From Waddliaceae bacterium (GTDB lineage Bacteria > Chlamydiota > Chlamydiia > Chlamydiales > SLFE01), in contig CAWAPJ010000020.1 of NCBI GenBank assembly GCA_963783885.1, positions 1 to 28,785 on the forward strand: DNA of 28,785 nt. The letters run 5' to 3'. The notes below the pieces were generated by a model that worked only from the letters and a program-made list of their open reading frames with translations, was not told the DNA's origin and did not search any database. Numbering within the stretch: the first letter of the stretch is position 1; each line of letters opens with the position of its first letter. The position numbers were made by a program, and so were the translations under genes. Positions 1 to 7,844 of the stretch are shown piece by piece.

Positions 1-957
1 CGCCTTTATTTTGAGTTGGATCAAATTGAGGAGGCTATTAGAGATTATAAAACGGCTGTAAAGCTTAAAAATTGTGATTTTTTTCCATGTTCATCTTTAT
101 CTAATAATTCGATTTTTAATTCGGATTATCATCCTTATAAAGCTATTGATTTCATATTTGATTACGAACGTGGACTGATTTTAGGAATAACGGAAGGCGC
201 AACCGAGTCTGCTATTGATTTTATACCATCCACTTTAAGTACAATTCGTGGAATAGGAAATGGTATCTGGGTATTTGCTAAAGACCCTCATTTTGTCACA
301 CGTGAATTTTTAGAATCATGTCATAGATTAATTGAATTTATTCGTGAAAATGCTACTCCAGAAGTTCTTGCAACTGCGATACCTGAACTGAAATTGCTTT
401 TAAACCATTGGAGTGAACTTTCTGATTACGATAGAGGGTACAAAATTGGCTATATTTTGGGAAAGTATGGAGTAGATATCTTAATACCTGGAACCACATT
501 ACAAGCGGTAAAGAGATTTCGTGATTTTAGAAGGGCAAATGCATTTATCACCCTAGAAAAATGTGCTGTTTCTCTAGATTCAAGAAAAAGAATTATGGCG
601 CAAAGTTTAAAACGATATAACGTTAGAAAGTCTATATCAAAATCGGGAATGATAAAAATTAATTGGGCAAAGCAAAACAAACATATTCCCGGAACTAATA
701 ATTTCATACCAAATAGAAGCGAGGTAACTATTAGTATAGAACGTCTTGAAAAGCTTGTTTTAGATAAGGCTGGAACAGGAAATAAAGTTAGAGGAGATGT
801 GCCATTTGCCCCGGGTTACAAAGAACGTGTTGATTTTGGTGAAAAAATTGGTTATTATGTATATAAAGATCAAAATAAAATTGTAAAATTAGAAACAAAT
901 AAAGGAATAATTCATTATGCAAAGGACGATGTTCATGTTGTTCCATGTGCACCATGA
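1..957 (+). CDS. 5'-truncated putative polymorphic toxin: TPR-like repeat, Gly-rich helical middle region, C-terminal Ntox50-like (bacterial toxin 50, predicted RNase) domain
   Basis: The frame is open from base 1 (RLYFELDQIEEAIRDYKTAVKL, TPR-like), so the true start lies upstream of the window. The last ~100 aa (from ~652) carry KQNKHIPG..N...RS, KERVDFG..IG and T.KGIIHY.K..VHVVP, as I recall for Ntox50. Visibly AT-rich relative to the core genes. Confidence 0.8.
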   Translation, partial: RLYFELDQIEEAIRDYKTAVKLKNCDFFPCSSLSNNSIFNSDYHPYKAIDFIFDYERGLILGITEGATESAIDFIPSTLSTIRGIGNGIWVFAKDPHFVTREFLESCHRLIEFIRENATPEVLATAIPELKLLLNHWSELSDYDRGYKIGYILGKYGVDILIPGTTLQAVKRFRDFRRANAFITLEKCAVSLDSRKRIMAQSLKRYNVRKSISKSGMIKINWAKQNKHIPGTNNFIPNRSEVTISIERLEKLVLDKAGTGNKVRGDVPFAPGYKERVDFGEKIGYYVYKDQNKIVKLETNKGIIHYAKDDVHVVPCAP

Positions 958-1138
958 TTTTTGGTAAGTATTCTGGGATCGACCCTTCAGCATAAACCCG
1001 ACCCTTTTTTCGTAGTTGACACCGTTACAATTTATTTAATTGAGCATTAGAGGGCTTGTTTGGAGGCGGTGTCTTATAATACATTGTCCACTTTGTGCTT
1101 TCATAGAATATAGCTATTAGAATTGTTGGGATTTTTTT

Positions 1139-1447
1139 ATGAACAATCAAGAATTTCTACAGACTCAGGCAAAATGGTTATTAGATGATTTGAAAATAGC
1201 CCATCTAAGAGGAGTCACTGCAAGATGGAATGAAGAAAATCAAACTGCTGTTATGACTTTTTATTTTGATCGAGAACCAACAGAAAATGAAATTGAGGAA
1301 GCTTCAGTTATTTGCACCGAGATAATTGCAACTTTTTCAAATGGTTTATTGGAAGAGAATTACCTTGTATGGGTATCATCAAAGCGGTTACCGAGCTGTC
1401 CATATTGGGTTTATATACGGGAAGATGAGCAATCTCATTTTGAATAA
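1139..1447 (+). CDS. Small acidic protein, candidate cognate immunity protein of the upstream toxin
   Basis: 102 aa, Glu-rich, same strand and directly downstream of the toxin. The pattern LRGVT..W......FYFD.E.TE.E.E.AS...TEIIA.F resembles small proteins found after toxin genes. Function is inferred from position. Confidence 0.6.
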   Translation: MNNQEFLQTQAKWLLDDLKIAHLRGVTARWNEENQTAVMTFYFDREPTENEIEEASVICTEIIATFSNGLLEENYLVWVSSKRLPSCPYWVYIREDEQSHFE

Positions 1448-1552
1448 AACAGTTGCTAGGGAGAGCTTACCGTCCAGGACTTTATTGTATGTAAGCATAC
1501 GACGGGTAGTGAAGTACATCTCCCATTATTATGTCTAGGAAAAACAAGCATG

Positions 1553-1598
1553 TCTAAGCCCTTAAACCCGTTTGGATAGTCAGATGGGTGGGCTTAGA
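1553..1598. repeat. Imperfect inverted repeat (hairpin)
   Basis: TCTAAGCCC (1553-1561) and GGGCTTAGA (1590-1598) are perfect arms; the inner ACCCGTTTG / CAGATGGGT pair with G:T wobbles. Confidence 0.75.
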
Positions 1599-1624
1599 TT
1601 CCTTTATTTTTGAGCGAAAATTAT

Positions 1625-1645
1625 CCTCAAATAGTTTATTTGAGG
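1625..1645. repeat. Perfect 9-bp inverted repeat with 3-nt loop
   Basis: CCTCAAATA-GTT-TATTTGAGG. Confidence 0.8.
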
Positions 1646-1740
1646 CTTTCATCCAGATTTTTGGCAGAGATATGGCTGATTTTAGGGCGAATGAGGGCAA
1701 AATGTATCGAGCCCATTCTAAAGCGATCATCATATTTGAT

Positions 1741-2058
1741 TCAATCTTCCCAGAAAGGGGGGTCGATATTGTCTGTCCAGGGAGGTGGATCTATGAGTGG
1801 ATGATCCGGGCCCCATTCTCCCAGAGTGCGATCTTCTACCGGGGAAAACCCATCCTCAGTCCATGGTAGAAGTTGGCAGATGTTTATTTCAGGGGGAGGG
1901 TAGGGCGGATCGAACTTCTGGATCTCGCTCGGCCAGCCTATGCGTTTAAGTAAGCGTCTGATTTCAGCTGTATGGATGACAAATGAGGTAATTTTAATCT
2001 TTTTTCCGCATTGACAGAGCAACGGATCGGTTTTGTAAATACGTGCGATGAGCTTAGC
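1741..2058 (-). pseudogene. C-terminal fragment of IS91-family (Y2) transposase
   Basis: Extending ORF 1741..2022 upstream gives AKLIARIYKTDPLLCQCGKKIKITSFVIHTAEIRRLLKRIGWP, matching the (W)A.LI.RIYE.DPL.C..CG..M.I..FI tail of IS91/ISCR transposases. An in-frame TAA sits where the Trp is expected, and no catalytic HUH/Y2 region is present. Confidence 0.7.
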
Positions 2059-2221
2059 TTAAGGCGAATGAGACCTTAATAACCTTCTTTGAAGACTCTT
2101 GCTGCAAAGAATCGGCCACAGGTTCTTTGCCCTTGCAGGCATGGGCTCGAAAGGGCTCCTTTATCATGCCATGATGGCCAAACAGCTTGACTCCTCTCTC
2201 AATTCAAGTTAAAACTATATT

Positions 2222-2812
2222 ATGCCTGTTGAAAGTAAAATGCCGCCGTCAAAACAAATACGCAATTTCCTTTTTGTCATTGGAGGAGGGGCACTCCTCG
2301 GCTTGGTTATTGTCATTTTCCTTGTGCAATATTACGGCCCCACGGGCTATTATAAGGCGAAAAATGTCTTGATGGCTCCCGATGTTTTGAAGAAAATGTG
2401 GTACACCTCGGCAAATACATCCACAAGAGGGAATCAGTCTCGATTTGTGTTTAAAGGGATCGACTATTTGTACTTTAATGACAAGACAAAGAAATGGGAG
2501 ACTGTGGATGTTCCCTTATCCAAGTATGGGGAGTTTTATCGGCTGGTTGAAAACGATATCAGCGAAAAAGAGCCCGATGAAACTCTCAGTAAAAATTACG
2601 ACTCGACCCCTCCAGCAACAATTATGATCAAGGCGGCTGCAAGCGGCGAAGGACAATTTAAAGTTGTGAACGAAGTCTTCCAGCAAGTGCAGTTCGCGAG
2701 CGACGGCAGCCATTATCGGGTACAGCTTCATGACGAGGATCCATCCCAAAAATGGGCCTACTTCAAGCATGAGGGGATCCGGGAAAAATCGCAAAAAGTA
2801 CTCTTGCCATGA
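2222..2812 (+). CDS. Hypothetical membrane-anchored protein
   Basis: 196 aa with a single N-terminal hydrophobic helix (FLFVIGGGALLGLVIVIFLV). ATGA overlap with the next gene implies translational coupling. Confidence 0.75.
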   Translation: MPVESKMPPSKQIRNFLFVIGGGALLGLVIVIFLVQYYGPTGYYKAKNVLMAPDVLKKMWYTSANTSTRGNQSRFVFKGIDYLYFNDKTKKWETVDVPLSKYGEFYRLVENDISEKEPDETLSKNYDSTPPATIMIKAAASGEGQFKVVNEVFQQVQFASDGSHYRVQLHDEDPSQKWAYFKHEGIREKSQKVLLP

Positions 2813-3597
2813 AAGGAACGTTTTTACTTATGGGAACGGGGGGATCGATGGGCATCCCCGTTATCGGCTGCGGCTGCGCTGTATGCCGATCCGGCAATCC
2901 CCGCAACCGGCGGATGAGGTCGGCATGTCTGGTAACGGTCGATTCCAAAAAAATCCTCATCGACGCGGGGCCCGAACTCCGCCTCCAGGCCCTGTCCTAT
3001 AATATCGACTCTATAGACGCTCTATTCATCACCCACTCCCATCAGGATCATGTTGCTGGACTCGACGACCTCCGCCCTTTCTTTTTCCACTCCAAAGATC
3101 CGCTGCCTTGCTATCTCTCCCGAGATACCTACAACGATCTTTTAATTCGCTTCGGGTATATTTTCGAGCCTGTCAATAAAACAGGAACCCTGCTTCCGAA
3201 ATTCGATGTCAGAATACTGGAATCCGAGAGGGGAGAGATCGATTTTGCGAGGATTCACACAATTTATATGACCTTTTCTCAAGTTGGAATGAAAGTTAAC
3301 GGATACCGTTTTGGGGACTTGGCTTATATTTCCGACATTAAGGAATATCCAGATACCATCTTTGACGATTTGGCCGGGGTGAAAACCCTGATCGTCAGCG
3401 CTCTTAGACAAAAGCCGACCCACATTCATTTTACCCTGGACGAAGCTGTGGCTTTCGCTCAAAAAATAGGCGCACAAAAAACGTGGCTGACCCACATCGC
3501 CCACGAGCTCGACCATGACAAAACAAACGCCTCGCTGCCCGAAAATATCCGCATGGCCTACGACGGCCTCACTCTTGAATTTCGCGATTCTTTCTAA
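2809..3597 (+). CDS. phnP: MBL-fold metallo-hydrolase, PhnP/YycJ-like phosphodiesterase
   Basis: GTGGS.GIPVIGC.C.VC.S N-terminus, ILIDAGP, THSHQDH (HxHxDH), YISD, THIAH, AYDGL. Confidence 0.9.
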   Translation: MKGTFLLMGTGGSMGIPVIGCGCAVCRSGNPRNRRMRSACLVTVDSKKILIDAGPELRLQALSYNIDSIDALFITHSHQDHVAGLDDLRPFFFHSKDPLPCYLSRDTYNDLLIRFGYIFEPVNKTGTLLPKFDVRILESERGEIDFARIHTIYMTFSQVGMKVNGYRFGDLAYISDIKEYPDTIFDDLAGVKTLIVSALRQKPTHIHFTLDEAVAFAQKIGAQKTWLTHIAHELDHDKTNASLPENIRMAYDGLTLEFRDSF

Positions 3598-4043
3598 CCT
3601 ATACGCATTCCATGGCTTCGGCTTGGCATGATAATTTTAATCAATTTATCATATGTATAAACTGAGGGCATAGTTTTTCCTTGCTCGTATTTTGAATAGG
3701 AGCGAGTGGATTGAAAATGCAATTTTTTGCAAACATCTCTTACGGTTAGACCCGTTTCTTCTCTTAAACGGCGAAGAGATAAAGATAAAAGTAAGGATAC
3801 ATCATGTTCGTTGACACCGGAAATATAAAACTTATCTGACTTTTTGTTTTCCTGATGCAGTGATATTCCAATGCTCTTGTGTGATCCAAAATAGGCATCA
3901 AGAAGCTCGAAAACCATATCAATTGCCATGTCAAGGGCTTCTTTTTTTGAATGACCTTGAGTCATGGCATTAAGAAATGGAATTTCAGCCAACCAAAACT
4001 TACCTTCTTTCCAAATATTTCCTTCAAATTCCATATCTGTCAC
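3594..4043 (-). CDS. hicB: HicB-family antitoxin with C-terminal XRE-type HTH
   Basis: N-terminal W.AEIP.L..MTQG.S.KEAL.MA.D HicB pattern; C-terminal LRRLREETGLTVRDV...YSKYEQGK..PS HTH. Starts 2 nt after the hicA stop. Confidence 0.85.
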   Translation of the reverse strand: MTDMEFEGNIWKEGKFWLAEIPFLNAMTQGHSKKEALDMAIDMVFELLDAYFGSHKSIGISLHQENKKSDKFYISGVNEHDVSLLLSLSLRRLREETGLTVRDVCKKLHFQSTRSYSKYEQGKTMPSVYTYDKLIKIIMPSRSHGMRIG

Positions 4044-4045
4044 CC

Positions 4046-4231
4046 TTATTTACTGGGAAGTTGTTTTGCATGTTTGATGATTTTCTTGGCTAACGTATCA
4101 CCGATTTCTCTATGCCTTGGAAGTGTTTCAAACTCCCCCTTTCCATTAGTCCATCGTTCATGTTTACTCCCTTCTCGGCATTTGTACCATCCAAGTCGAT
4201 TTAATTCCTGTTCGAGGACTTTTTTCTTCAA
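4046..4231 (-). CDS. hicA: HicA-family mRNA interferase toxin (61 aa, TTG start)
   Basis: KKKVLEQEL..LGW...REGSKHE.W......LPRH.EI...LAKKIIK is typical of HicA. Start moved from 4294 to TTG 4231 because the upstream extension overlaps the promoter/operator and 61 aa fits the family. Confidence 0.88.
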   Translation of the reverse strand: MKKKVLEQELNRLGWYKCREGSKHERWTNGKGEFETLPRHREIGDTLAKKIIKHAKQLPSK

Positions 4232-4249
4232 AATTAGCTCTTTATTCTT

Positions 4250-4278
4250 ATTGTATACCAATTGGCATACAAAATCAA
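4250..4278 (-). promoter_or_regulatory. Sigma70-type promoter of hicAB with overlapping 22-bp palindromic operator
   Basis: Minus strand reads TTGATT-17 nt-TACAAT. Palindrome TTGTATACCAATTGGCATACAA (4251-4272, one mismatched pair) covers the spacer and the -10. Confidence 0.75.
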
Positions 4279-4379
4279 GCTCATATTTTACCATATTTAT
4301 GGAACGTATGCGGGAGCGGCGTCATAATCCCTCACTAATTCTTTTGACGTATTTCACGATAATTTTTTCAACATTTGCA

Positions 4380-4408
4380 TTGTGGAGTGTATGTAGGAGT
4401 GTTATAAT
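4380..4408 (+). promoter_or_regulatory. Putative sigma70-type promoter of hflX
   Basis: TTGTGG (4380-4385)-17 nt-TATAAT (4403-4408) with extended -10 TGn, 9 nt before the ATG. Confidence 0.55.
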
Positions 4409-4417
4409 ATATGTGTC

Positions 4418-5722
4418 ATGGTTGAAAATTTTGACGAAATTGATAGAAAGGACCGGGCTTTTTTGGTGGCGGCCTTCAAGGGGAGCGGGGACCGCGAGAC
4501 ATGCCGCGAGCATCTCGACGAGCTGGCCCTTCTTGCCGATACCTATGGCGTTGACGTTGTCGAAAAGGCGGTCTGCCCTATCAGAAAAATTGAAGCGTCG
4601 ACCTTTATCGGTTCGGGGAAACTCGAAGAGCTTGCCCTGCAAGCGGAAGAGCTTGAAGCTAATCTCGTCATTTTTGATGAGGAGATCTCTCCCGCGCAGC
4701 AAAGGAATTTGGAAAAGGCATTCGGTTTGACAGTGATGGATAGGACTGAGCTGATTCTGGGCGTTTTCGCCCAGAGGGCCCACACGCGCGAGGCCAGGCT
4801 TCAGGTGGACCTCGCCCAGGTTAAATACGAGCTGCCCCGGTTGAAGCGTTTGTGGACACACCTTCACAGGCAGACAGGTTCAGGGAAATCGGGAATGTAT
4901 GTCAAAGGGGAGGGCGAAAAGCAGATTGAACTCGACCGCCGCATGCTTCAAGAGAAGATCGAAAAGCTCCAAAAGGACCTCGAAGAAGTCGAAAAGCACC
5001 GTCACACGCAGAGGCGGGCCAGAAATCGTTCGGGAATTCCTGTCTTTGCGATCATCGGCTATACCAATGCGGGAAAATCGACGCTGCTCAACGCGCTGAC
5101 CGATGCGGAAGTTTTTGTCGAGGACAAATTGTTCGCGACGCTCGACACCACAACACGAAAGTTTATGCTTCCCAATGGTCAGGAGATTCTGCTGATTGAT
5201 ACTGTGGGATTCATCCGCAAGCTGCCCCACCTTCTTATTGCGGCATTTAAAGGGACGCTGGAGGAGTCGATGCAGGCGGATATTCTTTTGCATCTGATCG
5301 ACGCGAGCGACCCCCATGCCGAAGAGCATGCCGAGGCTTCATATGAAGTTTTGAAGGAATTGAATGTCGAAAACAAGCCTGTCATCACCGTTCTGAATAA
5401 AATCGACCGGCTCGAAGATCCTTCCAAGCTGGTCTACTTCCGGACAAAGTTTCCAAGAACTGTCGGCATATCAGCTTTAAAGGGTGAAGGTTTTGAAGAG
5501 CTTTTCCACTTGATGATCGAAGAGCTCAGGAAGCAGAGGCGGATCGCTTCTTTAAGGATACCCCAAAAGGAATACAAGCTTGTCGCCGACGTGATGGAGA
5601 ATGGAACGATACTCAAACAGGATTATGAGGGAAATGATGTCCTTCTTAGAGCCGAAGTCCCTGTTCCTCTTTTAGGGAAATTGGAAAAGTATATCGACAA
5701 TGATCAAAACGCTTCCTCTTGA
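4418..5722 (+). CDS. hflX: Ribosome-splitting GTPase HflX
   Basis: G1 GYTNAGKS, G2 LFATLDTT, G3 DTVG, G4 NKID, G5 SAL; N-terminal HflX motifs (QQRNLE, DRTELIL.VFAQRA.TREA.LQV). Confidence 0.97.
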   Translation: MVENFDEIDRKDRAFLVAAFKGSGDRETCREHLDELALLADTYGVDVVEKAVCPIRKIEASTFIGSGKLEELALQAEELEANLVIFDEEISPAQQRNLEKAFGLTVMDRTELILGVFAQRAHTREARLQVDLAQVKYELPRLKRLWTHLHRQTGSGKSGMYVKGEGEKQIELDRRMLQEKIEKLQKDLEEVEKHRHTQRRARNRSGIPVFAIIGYTNAGKSTLLNALTDAEVFVEDKLFATLDTTTRKFMLPNGQEILLIDTVGFIRKLPHLLIAAFKGTLEESMQADILLHLIDASDPHAEEHAEASYEVLKELNVENKPVITVLNKIDRLEDPSKLVYFRTKFPRTVGISALKGEGFEELFHLMIEELRKQRRIASLRIPQKEYKLVADVMENGTILKQDYEGNDVLLRAEVPVPLLGKLEKYIDNDQNASS

Positions 5723-6383
5723 AGAAAGGCCTCGCGAGAAATTGCTCCAAAATAAGGCGGAGTCTCTGACCACTGCCGAGCTGGTGGCGATCATTCTTGG
5801 CAGTGGAACGAAAAAAAAATCGGTCTTGCAGTTGGCTCGGGAGATTGTGACGTCATTCGGTCCTCTTCAATCCCTTGCGGAAGCGACAATTGAGGAGTTG
5901 TGCCAGATCAAAGGGGTGGGCCAGGCGAAAGCGATTCAGCTCAAAGCCGCATTTGCCCTCGGCGTCAAACTGTCTCATCAGCTGACAGCGCCCCGAACAA
6001 AAATCGATCATCCCAAGGCTGCTTATCAGTTGATCAAGCCTCATCTTGAGGGCAAATCCCAAGAACATTTTCTGGTTATTCTTCTCGACGCTAAAAATTA
6101 TTTAATCAGGCATGAAATTGTGACTGTGGGTACATTGACTCATTCTTTGGTCCATCCCCGGGATGTCTTCAACCTGGCTATTCGGCACAGGGCCGCCTCT
6201 CTCATTGCGGCCCACAATCATCCGAGCGGCGATCCTACCCCCTCCAAGCAGGACAGAGAAGTGACCGACCAGCTAAAAAAAGCGGGTGAATTATTAGATA
6301 TACCGGTCCGGGATCATCTGATTATTGGCCGAGGAAGCTATTATTCTTTTCTTGCAGAAAACTTGGTATTTACAACTCGTTGA
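5700..6383 (+). CDS. radC: RadC/JAB-domain protein (UPF0758)
   Basis: ERPREKL, AEL.AIILGSG, HhH IKGVGQAKA, JAB motif HNHPSGDPTPS..D, DHLIIG. Confidence 0.93.
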   Translation: MIKTLPLEERPREKLLQNKAESLTTAELVAIILGSGTKKKSVLQLAREIVTSFGPLQSLAEATIEELCQIKGVGQAKAIQLKAAFALGVKLSHQLTAPRTKIDHPKAAYQLIKPHLEGKSQEHFLVILLDAKNYLIRHEIVTVGTLTHSLVHPRDVFNLAIRHRAASLIAAHNHPSGDPTPSKQDREVTDQLKKAGELLDIPVRDHLIIGRGSYYSFLAENLVFTTR

Positions 6384-6404
6384 TTTTGCTCTATATAACT
6401 TTTT

Positions 6405-7844
6405 ATGAGCCAGCAATCGGAACTTAGCTACCCTGTCAGGGCTGTCCCCATACTGAAATATTTCGGACAGCTTTGCCTGGTTGTGAGTCTCTTAACGATT
6501 GTTCCTTTTATCTTTACCTTATTTTTTCAGGAATTTGAGTTTTCCGGTGTTTATGCCGGGATCATCTTGTGTACAGGAGTTTTTGGCGCTTTTCTGTCCA
6601 GGCTGGAAGCCCCTGAAAATTTGCAGGTCAATGAAGCTTTGGTTCTTGTGGTAATGATTTTCCTGTTTGCTCCGCTGGTTATGACGGCCCCGTTTATGAT
6701 GTCGGGGCTTACATTTGCGGATGCTTTGTTCGAGACGATTTCAGGTGCGACGACAACAGGTCTGAGCATGATCGAGGATGTCGATTCGGTTCCCTATTCG
6801 ACACTTCTCGCCCGTTCATGGATGCAATGGTATGGGGGATTGGGTATTGTGGCTTTTTCCCTGGTTCTTTTGCTGTCATCGGGGAAGGTGACCAGAACTT
6901 TGATCAAATCGGAGATCGAATCGAAAGATCTTATCGGCGGCACGAAAGCTCATGTGCATCGCATTCTCAAAGTCTATTTGTTATTCACTTTTATAGGGAT
7001 TGGGGGGCTTTTGATCTTTCAGGTTCCGGTAAAGGATGCGTTTTCATTAATCTTTGCGTCAGTATCGACGGGGGGATTTTCCCCCTATAACGATAGTCTG
7101 AAAACTCTTGGTCTGGCAGTACAGTATTTTATCATCATTGTCTGTATTTTATGCGCTGTATCCCTTCCGTTTTATCATAGGCTTTATCGGGAGAAATGGA
7201 AAATGACGGTGGATACAATCCAATTTATCGGGCTTCTTTGCTGCGGGCTTGCAGTCATGGCGATTCTCTGGTTTTTTTTGCCACTGGCCGAGGCGGTTTC
7301 GGTTCCGATTCTGGCATTTTCAGCTCAAACGACGACGGGGTTTTCAAATAGCGATGTTTCCCTTTTTGATCCTGCATCAAAATTGATTGTAATTCTTTCC
7401 ATGTATATTGGAGGGGGAATCGGTTCGACAGCGGGAGGGATAAAAATCATCAGACTGTTAATTATGTTAAAAGTCATTGCCACCATAGTAAAGGGGACTT
7501 CATTGACTCCTCATGCTGCTCAAGAGACAAAGTTTTTTCGTGAAAAAATCACAATAGAAGAACAGAGAAACGCTGTGACAGTGATTTTATTGTTTGCGTC
7601 TCTTATTTTTTTGTCATGGATTCCGTTTGCCGCAATGGGATACGATCCCCTTGACTCCTTGTTTGAGGTTGTTTCCGCCACCGGTACTGTGGGTCTGTCA
7701 ACGGGAATCACATCCCCGCAGCTTCCGCTCTTTCTCAAGGGTGTCCTTTGTGCAGATATGTATCTGGGCAGGCTTGAAATGCTGCCGTGGCTTGTTTTAG
7801 CGGGTAGATCAACATGGATTGGAACAAGAATGGGGGGAGTATGA
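6405..7844 (+). CDS. trkH: Trk-type K+ uptake membrane subunit TrkH
   Basis: Polytopic membrane protein with four pore-loop motifs (SGATTTG, SVSTGGF, AQTTTGF, SATGTVG), GSTAGGIK and C-terminal GRLE. Confidence 0.92.
   Translation: MSQQSELSYPVRAVPILKYFGQLCLVVSLLTIVPFIFTLFFQEFEFSGVYAGIILCTGVFGAFLSRLEAPENLQVNEALVLVVMIFLFAPLVMTAPFMMSGLTFADALFETISGATTTGLSMIEDVDSVPYSTLLARSWMQWYGGLGIVAFSLVLLLSSGKVTRTLIKSEIESKDLIGGTKAHVHRILKVYLLFTFIGIGGLLIFQVPVKDAFSLIFASVSTGGFSPYNDSLKTLGLAVQYFIIIVCILCAVSLPFYHRLYREKWKMTVDTIQFIGLLCCGLAVMAILWFFLPLAEAVSVPILAFSAQTTTGFSNSDVSLFDPASKLIVILSMYIGGGIGSTAGGIKIIRLLIMLKVIATIVKGTSLTPHAAQETKFFREKITIEEQRNAVTVILLFASLIFLSWIPFAAMGYDPLDSLFEVVSATGTVGLSTGITSPQLPLFLKGVLCADMYLGRLEMLPWLVLAGRSTWIGTRMGGV

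Larger units (their letters stand above)
1531..2160 (-). mobile_element. Remnant of an IS91/ISCR-family rolling-circle insertion sequence (3' part of transposase plus putative oriIS end); upstream boundary approximate
   Basis: Transposase C-terminal fragment (1741-2058, minus strand), followed on that strand by inverted repeats at 1625-1645 and 1553-1598. These end in CTTGTTTTTCCTAGACAT (1548-1531), which resembles the IS91-family oriIS TTCCTATxC motif. Confidence 0.6.

Noticed and set aside
980-1006. Direct repeat CGACCCTT x2 downstream of the toxin gene
   Set aside because: Only two 8-nt copies, compatible with chance; not a CRISPR or iteron array, and no proper terminator stem precedes the T-run.
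1588-1869. Plus-strand ORFs 1588..1869 and 1610..1804
   Set aside because: They lie over the IS91-like end and antisense to the transposase fragment; no RBS or motif support.
4232-4294. 21-aa N-terminal extension of HicA given in the ORF track
   Set aside because: It overlaps the predicted promoter and operator; the TTG at 4231 gives a typical HicA length.
3951-4867. Long alternative ORFs 3951..4730 (+, 259 aa) and 4322..4867 (-, 181 aa)
   Set aside because: They overlap hicAB and hflX in other frames or strands, have no motifs, and are best explained as shadow ORFs.
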